A DNA stretch of 64,000 nt, from positions 4,151,820-4,215,819 of the forward strand of contig OW818676.1 in assembly GCA_942493235.1 (NCBI GenBank). The letters run 5' to 3'. Shown one piece after another: positions 20,407 to 30,010 of the stretch. The notes under the pieces are model-generated. The model saw nothing but the letters and a program-made list of their open reading frames with translations, was not told the origin of the DNA and made no database searches. This stretch comes from an uncultured bacterium. Lineage in GTDB: Bacteria > Bacteroidota > Ignavibacteria > Kapaibacteriales > UBA2268. Made by a program: the position numbers and the translations under genes. The stretch's first letter is position 1. Every line of letters starts with the position of its first letter.

Positions 20407-22287
20407 ATGATAAAAAAGATGAATTTATATTTTTTGACAGCATTTATTTTAATTACTTCGAGTGTACTGTTATACTCCGCTAACGAAAAATTTACTACAT
20501 CGGTTAATAAGAATAAGGTAGGAGTTGGCGAGCAGATACAGCTGACTTATTCACTCGAAAATGCTCAGGGTAATAATTTTAAACCACCGACATTCAAAGG
20601 ATTTTCTGTTTTAGCCGGACCAAGTTCATCAAATTATACTCAGATTATAAACGGAAAAGTGTCTTCATCTATGTCTTATACCTATATATTAAGAGCGGAG
20701 AATGAAGGTACTTATTCAATTCCCGGGGCAGCTATAACAGTTAATGGCAGTAGATTATCAAGCAATTCGGTAAATATTACCGTTACAAAAGCTTCACCAA
20801 ACCAGCAATCAAGAAATAATAGTCAATCTAATCTGCAAAATCAAGGGAATCAATCCAATAAACAAGATAATTCAAAGACACTTGATGCTCAAGCTAATGA
20901 CGTAATTGCTAAAAACATGTTTATAAAGTTGAATGTTAATAAATCAACTTGCTATAAAGGTGAACCTATTTATGCAGTATATAAATTGTACATTAACCCT
21001 GAATTAACGCTATTAAATCTAACTTCACCTAAAATGCCGGTATTTAACGGATTCTGGTCTCAAGAAATCGAAATCAAAGCAATTGAATTTACAGGTACAG
21101 AAATAGTTAACGGAATTAGATATAAGACTGCCGAACTTAAAAAAGTAGTGCTGATACCGCAGCAGAGTGGCGACCTAACAGTTGATGGGCTTAATTTGGA
21201 CAGCAAAGTCAGATTAAGAGTTCAGGGACAGCAGAGCAGAAGCAATGACCCGTTTGATGACTTTTTCGGTGGCGGATTCGGTTCAAGCTTTCGAGATTTT
21301 AACTATGAAGTGAAATCACAAACGGCAAAAGTAAAAGTAAAAGCACTTCCTGAAAATGCCCCAGCACAATTCAACGGTGCAGTAGGCAATTATAAATTCG
21401 ATGTAAGTTTAGACAAAGATAAGGTCATGCAGAATGAACCGGTCAGCTTGAAGGTAAAAATTTCGGGCTCAGGCAATTTGAAATTAGTTCAAGCTCCTGA
21501 ACTGAATTTACCGCCGGATATTGAAAAATTTGACCCCAAAATAAATGATAATATTTCGATATCGGCTGCCGGTCTGTCCGGCGAGAAAACATTTGAATAT
21601 ATACTAATTGCGAAAAATCCCGGACAATTTAAGATTCCTGCATTGACTTTCGTTTACTTCGATTATAGCAAAGGGCAATATATATCTATTAGTTCCAAAG
21701 AATTATTGCTGAATGTAGAAAAGGGGAATTATCAGGATTATGCAAGCTCATCGGTCAATAAACAAGACGTGCAATATCTGGGTAAAGATATTCGATTTAT
21801 CAAAGACGATTCAAATTTAAATCCGGTCGGATATTCGTTTATCAAATCGTCCATGTTTTATATCTTGACTGCTCTGCCGATTATGTGCTTTATTATATTC
21901 ATATTATACAAACGCAGAAAAGATGAAATTAACGAGAATCAAGATATTTATAAATCCAAATATGCAAATAAAACTGCAATAAAAGCATTATCAGCCGCTA
22001 AGAAAAAATATAATGAGGGCGATATTACGGCTGTATATGAAGAAGTGCATAAGTCAATTCTGAATTATTTCGCTCATAAATTTACTATGGATAATGCCGA
22101 TTTAAGTAAAGATAATATAAGCATAGTGCTTAATTCTAAAAATTATTCTATGGAAACTATCGAAACTGTTAACGATATACTTCAAACTTGTGAGATGGCA
22201 AGATATGCACCTGTAGCAGAAGCTGAAGATGCAAATCATTTAATAAATCAAGCTGAAATGGCAATTACATCTATGGAGGGCAAATAA
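20407..22287 (+). CDS. BatD-like (aerotolerance operon) protein: signal peptide, large extracytoplasmic domain, C-terminal TM anchor
   Basis: 626 aa; N-terminal signal; C-terminal hydrophobic helix (FYILTALPIMCFIIFILY) followed by a short cytoplasmic tail; architecture matches BatD; assignment by architecture and memory only. Confidence 0.45.
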   Translation: MIKKMNLYFLTAFILITSSVLLYSANEKFTTSVNKNKVGVGEQIQLTYSLENAQGNNFKPPTFKGFSVLAGPSSSNYTQIINGKVSSSMSYTYILRAENEGTYSIPGAAITVNGSRLSSNSVNITVTKASPNQQSRNNSQSNLQNQGNQSNKQDNSKTLDAQANDVIAKNMFIKLNVNKSTCYKGEPIYAVYKLYINPELTLLNLTSPKMPVFNGFWSQEIEIKAIEFTGTEIVNGIRYKTAELKKVVLIPQQSGDLTVDGLNLDSKVRLRVQGQQSRSNDPFDDFFGGGFGSSFRDFNYEVKSQTAKVKVKALPENAPAQFNGAVGNYKFDVSLDKDKVMQNEPVSLKVKISGSGNLKLVQAPELNLPPDIEKFDPKINDNISISAAGLSGEKTFEYILIAKNPGQFKIPALTFVYFDYSKGQYISISSKELLLNVEKGNYQDYASSSVNKQDVQYLGKDIRFIKDDSNLNPVGYSFIKSSMFYILTALPIMCFIIFILYKRRKDEINENQDIYKSKYANKTAIKALSAAKKKYNEGDITAVYEEVHKSILNYFAHKFTMDNADLSKDNISIVLNSKNYSMETIETVNDILQTCEMARYAPVAEAEDANHLINQAEMAITSMEGK

Positions 22288-23042
22288 TGAAACACTTAGC
22301 ATTAATATTCAGCATAGTATTTACAATGACTTTTAGTTTACTTGCTCAGGCAGAGAAATCTTTTGAGCAAGCAGGAAGATTATATCAAGCAGGTAAATAT
22401 GATTTCGCACTGGAGAAATATTTAAGCATAAAAAAATCGGGATATGAATCATCGGAGTTAAATTATAATATCGGGAATTCTTATTATAAAATTGCAAATT
22501 ATCCGAAAGCAATTTTATATTATGAAAAGGCGTTAAAGCTCAATCCTTCTGACGAAGATGCTCAAATAAATTTGAAAATTTCTAATTTGAAAATAGTCGA
22601 TAAAGTTAGTGAAATCGAGCCTTTCTTTATTTATAAATGGTTGAAAATTGCTATCAATTTCTTTTCGCCGACTTTGTGGGCTGTGTTTTTTATTATCACA
22701 TTGTTTTCTGCATCTGCTTTTTTGATTTTGCAAATCGTGATCAGAAAACCAAGCTTAAAAAAAACATTTTTCGCATTGGCAATACTAAGTCTTTGCTTTG
22801 CTGTAATTAATTTAAGTTCGGCAATCTATGCCAATTATTTGATTAATGCTTCTAATTCTGCTATAGTTATGTCGCAGGCAGTGAATGTGAAATCGGGCTT
22901 AGACCCAACAGCCGATGTAAGCTTTGTACTTCATGAAGGCACAAAAGTTAATATTCTGGAAGTAAAAGACAACTGGTTGAAAATCAAACTTAGCGATGGC
23001 AGAGAAGGTTGGATGCCACAAAAAGATGCGGAGAATATATAG
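22287..23042 (+). CDS. BatE-like TPR-repeat protein with TM segment and C-terminal SH3b-like domain
   Basis: TPR-like YNIGNSYYKIANYPKAILYYEKALKLNP; hydrophobic segment; C-terminus NWLKIKLSDGREGWMPQKD resembles SH3b; start overlaps the stop of the BatD-like gene. Confidence 0.45.
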   Translation: MKHLALIFSIVFTMTFSLLAQAEKSFEQAGRLYQAGKYDFALEKYLSIKKSGYESSELNYNIGNSYYKIANYPKAILYYEKALKLNPSDEDAQINLKISNLKIVDKVSEIEPFFIYKWLKIAINFFSPTLWAVFFIITLFSASAFLILQIVIRKPSLKKTFFALAILSLCFAVINLSSAIYANYLINASNSAIVMSQAVNVKSGLDPTADVSFVLHEGTKVNILEVKDNWLKIKLSDGREGWMPQKDAENI

Positions 23043-23065
23043 TGTTTGAATTGCACCGCAAGTAT

Positions 23066-23500
23066 ATGCAAGCAGCTATACAAAATGCTGGCTATGCAAA
23101 GCTAAACGGAGATATTCCTATTTCTGCGGTGATAGTGAAGGATAATCAAATAATTGCCTCTGCATATAATGAAGTGGAATTGCGAAAAGACTCGACTGCC
23201 CACGCCGAAATTCTCGCTATAAGAAAAGCAACAGAAATACTCGGTGAAAAGCATTTGGTTGATTGCAGCATGTATGTAACATTGGAGCCTTGCCCAATGT
23301 GTAGCGGAGCGATAGTATTGGCAAGAATCGGTCAATTAATCTATGGTGCTAGCGACCCAAAGACGGGTTCTGCTGGTTCACTTTATAATATAGTGCACGA
23401 TAAGCGATTGAATCATCAATGTAATATAATTGGCGGAGTGCTCGAAAACGAGTGTGCCGAATTAATCAAGCAATTTTTTGCCGAAATAAGAGAGAAATAA
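23066..23500 (+). CDS. tadA: tRNA-specific adenosine deaminase TadA (the ORF track's 23009 start is a TTG that overlaps batE; ATG at 23066 or GTG at 23042 more likely)
   Basis: HAEILAIRKA and VTLEPCPMCSGAI zinc-binding CDA motifs. Confidence 0.85.
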   Translation: MQAAIQNAGYAKLNGDIPISAVIVKDNQIIASAYNEVELRKDSTAHAEILAIRKATEILGEKHLVDCSMYVTLEPCPMCSGAIVLARIGQLIYGASDPKTGSAGSLYNIVHDKRLNHQCNIIGGVLENECAELIKQFFAEIREK

Positions 23501-23502
23501 TT

Positions 23503-24210
23503 ATGTTCGATATGAATAATCTATGCGTAGAGCTTGCACCGGCTCTTTACCTGATACCGACTCCTATCGGCAATTTGGAAGATATTACACTAAGGGCTAT
23601 GAAAACAATCAGTTCCGTTGATATGTTAGCCTGCGAAGATACCCGCACTACTGCCCAGCTATTACGTCATTACGGGATTTCTGCAAAGCGATTGACTTCA
23701 TATCACGAATATAACGAACGTGAAAAATCTATTGAGCTTGCCAATATGATAGAGATGGGTATGGCTGTCGGATTAGTTTCAGATGCCGGCTCACCCGGAA
23801 TTTCTGACCCGGGGTATAGAATTATCAATGAGACAGTTGCACGTGGCTTAAAAGTTATAGCTTTGCCGGGAGCTAATGCTCTGATTCCGGCAATTACATC
23901 TACCGGTTTCCCGACCAATGAATTTAAATTTGTCGGCTTTCCACCTCAGAAAAAGGGTAGGCAGACATTTTTAAAAAATGCTGTCGAAGCACATTGCACA
24001 GTGATAATGTACGAATCCACTCACAGAATTCACAAATTAATCAAAGAGCTGTCAGAGTTAATTCCTCCCGAGAGAGAAGTCTGCATAGCACGTGAAATCT
24101 CTAAAATGTATGAAGAATTTATTCGCGGTACAATCGCCGAAGTTAATCAAATACTATCATCACGCAAAGAAATCAAAGGCGAAATAGTCGTGATTTTAAA
24201 GGGCGAATAG
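23503..24210 (+). CDS. rsmI: 16S rRNA (cytidine1402-2'-O)-methyltransferase RsmI (tetrapyrrole-methylase fold)
   Basis: LYLIPTPIGNLEDITLRA...LACEDTRTTAQLL N-terminal signature; start taken at the ATG just after the tadA stop rather than the ORF-track start at 23452. Confidence 0.85.
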   Translation: MFDMNNLCVELAPALYLIPTPIGNLEDITLRAMKTISSVDMLACEDTRTTAQLLRHYGISAKRLTSYHEYNEREKSIELANMIEMGMAVGLVSDAGSPGISDPGYRIINETVARGLKVIALPGANALIPAITSTGFPTNEFKFVGFPPQKKGRQTFLKNAVEAHCTVIMYESTHRIHKLIKELSELIPPEREVCIAREISKMYEEFIRGTIAEVNQILSSRKEIKGEIVVILKGE

Positions 24211-24430
24211 TGCTTCTGAGTGCAACTAAGAATTTGTAATTATTATAAATCAACATTATCTTGTTTCTTGGTCCTTCGCTATTATGTGTGGGTAAGCAAA
24301 TCAGCGAAGAACCTAAAAATTAGTAATAGCCAAAAGATACTTGAATATAAGCATCTACTCGATCAAAATATTTAGATAATAAAAAAGTCTATTCTTCTAT
24401 AATTTATTTATTAAAAGATACGGAGCTGAT

Positions 24431-25108
24431 ATGTTAAAATTGACTTACTTTAGCCATTCTTGCTTTTTGCTTGACGACGGAGCAAATAGAATTATTATCG
24501 ACCCATTTTTGACTTATAACCCGACAGCCCCTTGTAAAATCGACAAAATCGATGCGAAATTTATCGCTTTAAGCCATGCTCATGGCGACCACAGTAGCGA
24601 CGCTTTAGCAATTGCAAAGCAAAATAATGCTTTAATAATTGCGGTAAACGAATTAGCTAATTATATGAATAGTATGGGAGCTCAAGTTCATAACATGCAT
24701 ATTGGAGGCTCTTATCATTTTGCTTTCGGGACGCTCAAATTTACTATCGCTCACCATGGCTCCGCTAATAATGAAGGACAGTATATGGGTGAGCCTGCCG
24801 GTATGCTTATTAAAATGGGTGGCAAAACAATATACTATACCGGTGATACAGGGTTATTCTATGATATGAAATTAATCGGCGAGATGAATAAGATTGACGT
24901 GATGCTCGCCCCTATAGGTGATAATTTTACTATGGGGATTAACGATGCCGTTAAGGCAGTTGATTTTGTTTGCCCTGAGTTAGTTATTCCTCTTCATTAT
25001 AATACATTTCCGGTAATTCAAGCTGACCCAAATGAATTCAAAACAAAAGTGGAATCTATTGGGAAAAAAGCAAAAGTAATGGCGTATGGCGAGACAATAG
25101 AAATATAA
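24431..25108 (+). CDS. Metal-dependent hydrolase, beta-lactamase fold (UPF0173-like)
   Basis: MLKLTYFSHSCFLL...HAHGDH motif, ~225 aa. Confidence 0.7.
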   Translation: MLKLTYFSHSCFLLDDGANRIIIDPFLTYNPTAPCKIDKIDAKFIALSHAHGDHSSDALAIAKQNNALIIAVNELANYMNSMGAQVHNMHIGGSYHFAFGTLKFTIAHHGSANNEGQYMGEPAGMLIKMGGKTIYYTGDTGLFYDMKLIGEMNKIDVMLAPIGDNFTMGINDAVKAVDFVCPELVIPLHYNTFPVIQADPNEFKTKVESIGKKAKVMAYGETIEI

Positions 25109-25282
25109 TTATTTATTTTTATATGTCTGTAGCAAAAGTCCATAATATTTATTTACTGTAAATTTTTCTAGGAATTTGCACGCCTCCTTACTATGCTATG
25201 CGTAGTGCGGCTTTTCTTACAACAGCGTTAGCTGTTGAATATTGGTAGCATAGATTTGGAACTCCCTTTCGTCTCCTTACTA

Positions 25283-26636
25283 TAAGGCTGTTGCACGGTA
25301 AATAATGGAGTAAGTACTTGTATTTTATATAAATTATGCGTATATTTGTGTACCTATAATGTACAATTCAGTAATTGAAATATGGATAAGAGTAAAAATA
25401 ATACAATGGCTGATTTTCTTTGTAAAGAAAGAGCTCGTAAACTTAAACATCAGTTTTTACAACAAGTAGATGCAATAATAGACTGGGAGCCTATTAATAA
25501 AGTAATTAATAGATACTACAAAAAAGTTGCAAGTGCGACAGGTCGTCCAGCTTATAGTGGACTGTTGTTATTCAAAATGAGTTTACTACAAACTTGGTAT
25601 GGAATGAGTGACTATGAAGCTGAAGAAAGAATAAATGATTCCTTGAGTTTTAGCTACTTTTGCGGATTATCAGTAGAAGAAGCATCTCCAGACCACAGCA
25701 CCTTGAGTCGCTTTCGCTCATTGTTGACAGAGCGTAGAGTATATGATAATCTCTTTACAGAAATAAACAGACAATTAGAAAAAAAGGGGATATTAGTCAA
25801 AAAGGGGATAATCGTAGATGCCAGTATAATAGATACACCTTACAAACCTCGCACGAAAGCCGGTTATGAGATAGAGCAGGATAGAAATGAAAGTCAACGC
25901 ACAGATGAAGAATTAAAAAAGGAAAATCAAGAAGTAAAGTATTTAGAAGTCCATCAGTCAAGCGTTGATACGCAAGCCAGATGGATAAAAAAAGGAGGTC
26001 GAGCAAGGTTCGGATATAAAAAGCACGTATTAACAAATCAAGATGGGTTAGTAATCGGAGCTTTGACAACTCCAGCCAATGTAAATGAAATAAGTAATTT
26101 AGCAGATGTATTACAAACTGCAAAATTTCCGGAGTATATCCCATTTTATGGAGACAAGGGTTATAATTCAGAAAAGAACAGTGAATTATTGAAAAGTAGA
26201 AACTTAATTAACCGAATATTGAAGAAAGCAAAAAAAAATAGACCACTAAAAGCAATAGAAAAGTTATTCAACAAGCTATGTGGCAAAACAAGATTTAAAG
26301 TTGAAAGAACATTCGGAAGTATGCGTAGTTGGTTTAAAAGTGAAAGAGCACGTTATCGGGGAATTGCCAAAACGCATAGTCAGATTATGATGGAATCGAT
26401 TGCGTATAACTTATACCGGAGTCCCGGGATAGTTATATCCAATGCGAAAAAAGGGTAATAAAACAGAAAGGAAAGACATATCTATGTACTGATTTTAGAT
26501 TGAAATATAGAAGGTAAACGCAAAATATGAAAATATTTAGCAAAATAACTTCACCAATATTAATAATATTTTAGAATGCAACCAGAATATTTACACTTAT
26601 CTACAAACCTACCCTTTTGCAACAGCCTTGAATTTA
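25283..26636 (+). mobile_element. IS5-family insertion sequence (boundaries approximate)
   Basis: Transposase ORF at 25382-26458 is flanked by inverted 12-13 bp aaggctgttgca (25286-25298) and tgcaacagcctt (26621-26633). Confidence 0.5.
25382..26458 (+). CDS. IS5-family DDE transposase
   Basis: N-terminal block LLFKMSLLQTWYGMSDYEAEERINDSLSFSYFCGL...PDHSTLSRFR is characteristic of IS5-family (IS1182/IS5 group) transposases. Confidence 0.85.
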   Translation: MDKSKNNTMADFLCKERARKLKHQFLQQVDAIIDWEPINKVINRYYKKVASATGRPAYSGLLLFKMSLLQTWYGMSDYEAEERINDSLSFSYFCGLSVEEASPDHSTLSRFRSLLTERRVYDNLFTEINRQLEKKGILVKKGIIVDASIIDTPYKPRTKAGYEIEQDRNESQRTDEELKKENQEVKYLEVHQSSVDTQARWIKKGGRARFGYKKHVLTNQDGLVIGALTTPANVNEISNLADVLQTAKFPEYIPFYGDKGYNSEKNSELLKSRNLINRILKKAKKNRPLKAIEKLFNKLCGKTRFKVERTFGSMRSWFKSERARYRGIAKTHSQIMMESIAYNLYRSPGIVISNAKKG

Positions 26637-26766
26637 AATCTGTATTAAGAAGTGTGAATAATATAACTTTTTTCGGAATTTATGTAACATTTAATCTGAA
26701 TAAAGTGCTTAACTTTAATTTATTTTTAAACACAAAAATTATGTTATCAATTAGAAAGGGAGAACA

Positions 26767-27231
26767 ATGAAAGGTAACACAAAGTTACTTGAAGTAATGA
26801 ATTCGCTATTGGCTGATGAACTTACTGTTATCAACCAATATATGGTACAATCTGAAATGTGTGCAAATTGGGGATATAGCAAACTCCACAAAGCTATCAG
26901 GAAACAGGCAATGGATGAAATGACACATGCCGAATGGCTTATCGAGCGAATCATTTTTTTCGAGGGCTCGCCAACGGTATCCAGTCTTAATCCGATGAAG
27001 ATTGGAAAAACTGTTTCGGAAATGATCAGTAATGACGATGAAACTGAACTTAATGTCGTCCGTGAATACAACGATGCAATCAAACTCGCCAGGGAGGTTG
27101 ATGATCAAGGCACTGTTGATCTGTTGACCAAAATACTTAAAATGGAAGAATGCCACGTTGATTGGGCAGAAATACAACGTGCTCAAATTGAGCAAATGGG
27201 CTTGGAGAACTATCTGAACAATCAAGTTTAA
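26767..27231 (+). CDS. bfr: Bacterioferritin
   Basis: MKGNTKLLEVMNSLLADELTVINQYMVQSEMCANWGY...MDEMTHAEWLIERI, 154 aa ferritin-like with Bfr-type heme Met. Confidence 0.9.
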   Translation: MKGNTKLLEVMNSLLADELTVINQYMVQSEMCANWGYSKLHKAIRKQAMDEMTHAEWLIERIIFFEGSPTVSSLNPMKIGKTVSEMISNDDETELNVVREYNDAIKLAREVDDQGTVDLLTKILKMEECHVDWAEIQRAQIEQMGLENYLNNQV

Positions 27232-27349
27232 ACAGGACAAATTAAATCATAGTCTTTTTTATGAAAATAATGCCCGGAAACTTTGCTTTAGGGTATTATT
27301 TTGAATTTAAAAATTAGTAATTAATTGTAATTTATTAAAGGATAATAAA

Positions 27350-28414
27350 ATGCCAAAATTAGCCGCTATATCGAAAATTGATTTTCCTTATCGGGTTGAT
27401 CAACAGGAAGTGAAGCAATATTCAAGGAATTTGTTTGCTCCTTCTTTTCCTCAAATAGATAGAATGATGAGTGCTTTTGACAATACCGAAATTAAAATCC
27501 GGAATTTTTGCAAACCTCTTGATTATTATGCCTCTGTCCATACTTTTCAGGAACAAAATGCCGAATACATCCGTCTCTCTCTTGAGTATTCCGTGAAAGC
27601 GATTGAAGCGTGTATTTCTTCTTCACAAATTAAAAAGGAAGAAATTACCGATATAATATTCATTTCTACTACGGGACTTTCTACCCCGAGCCTTGATGCA
27701 CTTATTATTAACAAAATGAGATTGAGCCGGAATATCGGTCGAATGGCGATTTTCGGGTTGGGTTGTGCCGGTGGTGTTTCCGGCTATTCAAAAGCGAACA
27801 TTCTGGCAAAAGAAAATCCAGATGCTATAGTATTGTTAGTAGCTGTAGAGTTATGTTCGTTGACTTTTCTGCGAAATGATTTCAGCAAAAGCAACTTCAT
27901 TGGGTCAAGTTTATTTGCCGATGGAGTTGCAGCCTGCATCATTACCGGAGATAATCATAGCAATAAAACAAAGAACAAAATATCCTTTCTTTCCACACAA
28001 AGTAAATTGTATTATGATACTCTCGATGTAATGGGTTGGGAATTTCTTAATACCGGATTTAAAGTTTTGTTTTCGCACGACATTCCAACCATAATATCAG
28101 AAAATATTCGTGAAGATATCACTTCATTTTTAAATAAACACCAATTGAAGATTTCCGACATCACGAATTTCATTTTTCATCCCGGAGGCAAGAAAATATT
28201 AACTGCATACGAAGAAGCGTTGCAAGTAGAAGGAGATTTCCTGAAAAATACAAGAGAGGTTATGAACGAAAATGGTAATATGTCCAGTACTACTGTTCTT
28301 TATGTATTGGAAAGATTCTTTACGCAAAATTATAAAAACGGTTACGGATTGATGGTCTCGATGGGTCCGGGTTTCTCGTGTGAAATGGTTTTACTGCAAA
28401 TGGATAAAGATTAA
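27350..28414 (+). CDS. Type III polyketide synthase (chalcone synthase-like; BpsA/RppA type)
   Basis: Catalytic Cys in GLGCAGGVSG, His in FHPGGKKIL and Asn in NGNMSSTTVL are all present at the expected spacing. Confidence 0.85.
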   Translation: MPKLAAISKIDFPYRVDQQEVKQYSRNLFAPSFPQIDRMMSAFDNTEIKIRNFCKPLDYYASVHTFQEQNAEYIRLSLEYSVKAIEACISSSQIKKEEITDIIFISTTGLSTPSLDALIINKMRLSRNIGRMAIFGLGCAGGVSGYSKANILAKENPDAIVLLVAVELCSLTFLRNDFSKSNFIGSSLFADGVAACIITGDNHSNKTKNKISFLSTQSKLYYDTLDVMGWEFLNTGFKVLFSHDIPTIISENIREDITSFLNKHQLKISDITNFIFHPGGKKILTAYEEALQVEGDFLKNTREVMNENGNMSSTTVLYVLERFFTQNYKNGYGLMVSMGPGFSCEMVLLQMDKD

Positions 28415-28915
28415 ATGATATTTATAATTTTCATATTGTTTGTTATTCTTTTTAGAATAGGCGAATTGCTCCATTCAAAAAGGAACGAGATTTGGTTAAT
28501 ACAAAATGGTGCAAAAGAGTATGGGCATGAGCATTATTTATTTATTGTCGCACTTCACGTTTCATTTTTTATAGCGATGATATCCGAATATTGCATACAA
28601 CAAACAGCATCATTTAGCCTATATTTTCTCATTTTATATTTTGTTCTTATAGCTTTTAAAATATGGATTGTATTATCATTAGGTAAATTCTGGAACACTA
28701 AAATTTATCACATTTCGGGGTTGCCTTTACAGAAAAAAGGATTATACAAGTACATTCAACATCCAAATTATATAGTTGTAGTTGCCGAAATAGCAATTAT
28801 TCCATTGGTATTTCATTTGTATTATACGGCAATTATTTTTTCGATACTGAATGCTATTATGTTGTTTGTAAGAATAACTACTGAAAATAAAGTTTTGAAA
28901 ATGGATCAACAATAG
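28415..28915 (+). CDS. Isoprenylcysteine carboxyl methyltransferase (ICMT)-family membrane methyltransferase (BpsB-like)
   Basis: 166 aa, 4-5 TM helices; C-terminal YIQHPNY...AE motif typical of the ICMT/PEMT family; start overlaps the PKS stop (TAAATG). Confidence 0.7.
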   Translation: MIFIIFILFVILFRIGELLHSKRNEIWLIQNGAKEYGHEHYLFIVALHVSFFIAMISEYCIQQTASFSLYFLILYFVLIAFKIWIVLSLGKFWNTKIYHISGLPLQKKGLYKYIQHPNYIVVVAEIAIIPLVFHLYYTAIIFSILNAIMLFVRITTENKVLKMDQQ

Positions 28916-29038
28916 TAATAATAAAAACAGTTTAAGGATTAAATCAATGGAAATATTACGAGTCACCACCAAAAATTGGGGATTATGCAAAAAGTTTGGA
29001 GAGCCTAAAGAGAAAGAACTTGTTGTCAATAACCCCTC

Positions 29039-29362
29039 TTAAGTTAGCTCTAAATAGCTTAATTTTAGCATTAAATGATTCAGCATTGGCATTAGTACTA
29101 CGGTTAAGAAGTTCAGTATATTCTCAAAGTTGTGTTTTAAAGTGTTTGTAGCGGTATTAAACTCTTTAATATTCAGCATTTCTGTATTTATAAACCATTG
29201 CTTCATTTTAGTCTCAGCGTGATATCTGCTTTGGTTTTCATATATATTTCTAAACTCTAAAATGTGGTTATAAGCTTTTTCTATGACAGGGTATCGTTTG
29301 AACAAAATATTAGCTCTCTGGGATTGAGATAAAGTCCATTGATATGGCTTTTTATAAAGCAA
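29039..29362 (-). pseudogene. Remnant of an ISL3-family transposase (C-terminal region only)
   Basis: ...ILFKRYPVIEKAYNHILEFRNIYE...NIKEFNTATNTLKHNFENILNF matches the conserved spacing of the ISL3 transposase C-terminal region; no N-terminal part is present. Confidence 0.45.
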
Positions 29363-29520
29363 TAATCTACAACAGCTAACGCTGTTCTAAGAAAGATTTC
29401 TTTATTTGCTTACCCACACATAATAGCGAATGACCATTTTTTTACACTAAAAACAGCAAAGAATTTTTTTAATTTCCTGCTTATAGTAATATGAAGAAAT
29501 TAAAGAACTTTAAAACAGAT

Positions 29521-29898
29521 TTATACTTTCACATTTTTAGAGATGTAATAACCGACAAATACTAAAGCTATTCCCAGTATATTACTAATAGCAATATTTG
29601 CTCCGGCTTTAACATATTCTTCGGCTTTCAAATACTGAAGAGTTTCAAGTGAAAATGTAGAGAATGTAGTAAAGCAACCAAGAAACCCGGTAGTAGCAAA
29701 GCCTTTATATTTATCAGGCAAATCGAAGGTTTCCATAACACCCCAAATCAATCCAATCAAAAATGAACCGATTAGATTAATAACAATTGTTCCATATTTA
29801 AAATCATGAGAAATCATGGAATTAATAAACCCTGCAAGAAAGAATCTGCTCAGCACTCCGAGCACCCCACCGATAACAATATATAATAAATTTTGCAT
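29521..29898 (-). CDS. crcB: Fluoride ion channel CrcB/FluC
   Basis: 125 aa, four TM helices, GTIVINLIGSFLIG and GFLGCFTTFSTFS motifs. Confidence 0.85.
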   Translation of the reverse strand: MQNLLYIVIGGVLGVLSRFFLAGFINSMISHDFKYGTIVINLIGSFLIGLIWGVMETFDLPDKYKGFATTGFLGCFTTFSTFSLETLQYLKAEEYVKAGANIAISNILGIALVFVGYYISKNVKV

Positions 29899-30010
29899 GT
29901 ATTTCCGATTCGATGAAACTTTTTCTTTTTTTAAAACACAAATTTAAGTAATTTAGTTGGTTAAATAATTAACAATATGATTATAAATAAAAAATTGATT
30001 AGATACTATT

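Noticed and set aside
23009-23065. ORF-track start of tadA at 23009 (TTG), and of rsmI at 23452
   Set aside because: These starts create long overlaps with the upstream genes. Conserved N-terminal homology begins at the ATG at 23066 (tadA) and the ATG at 23503 (rsmI), so the shorter models are preferred.
26751-27240. Two minus-strand ORFs (110 and 144 aa) overlapping bacterioferritin
   Set aside because: Antisense to a clearly recognisable bfr gene; no motifs.
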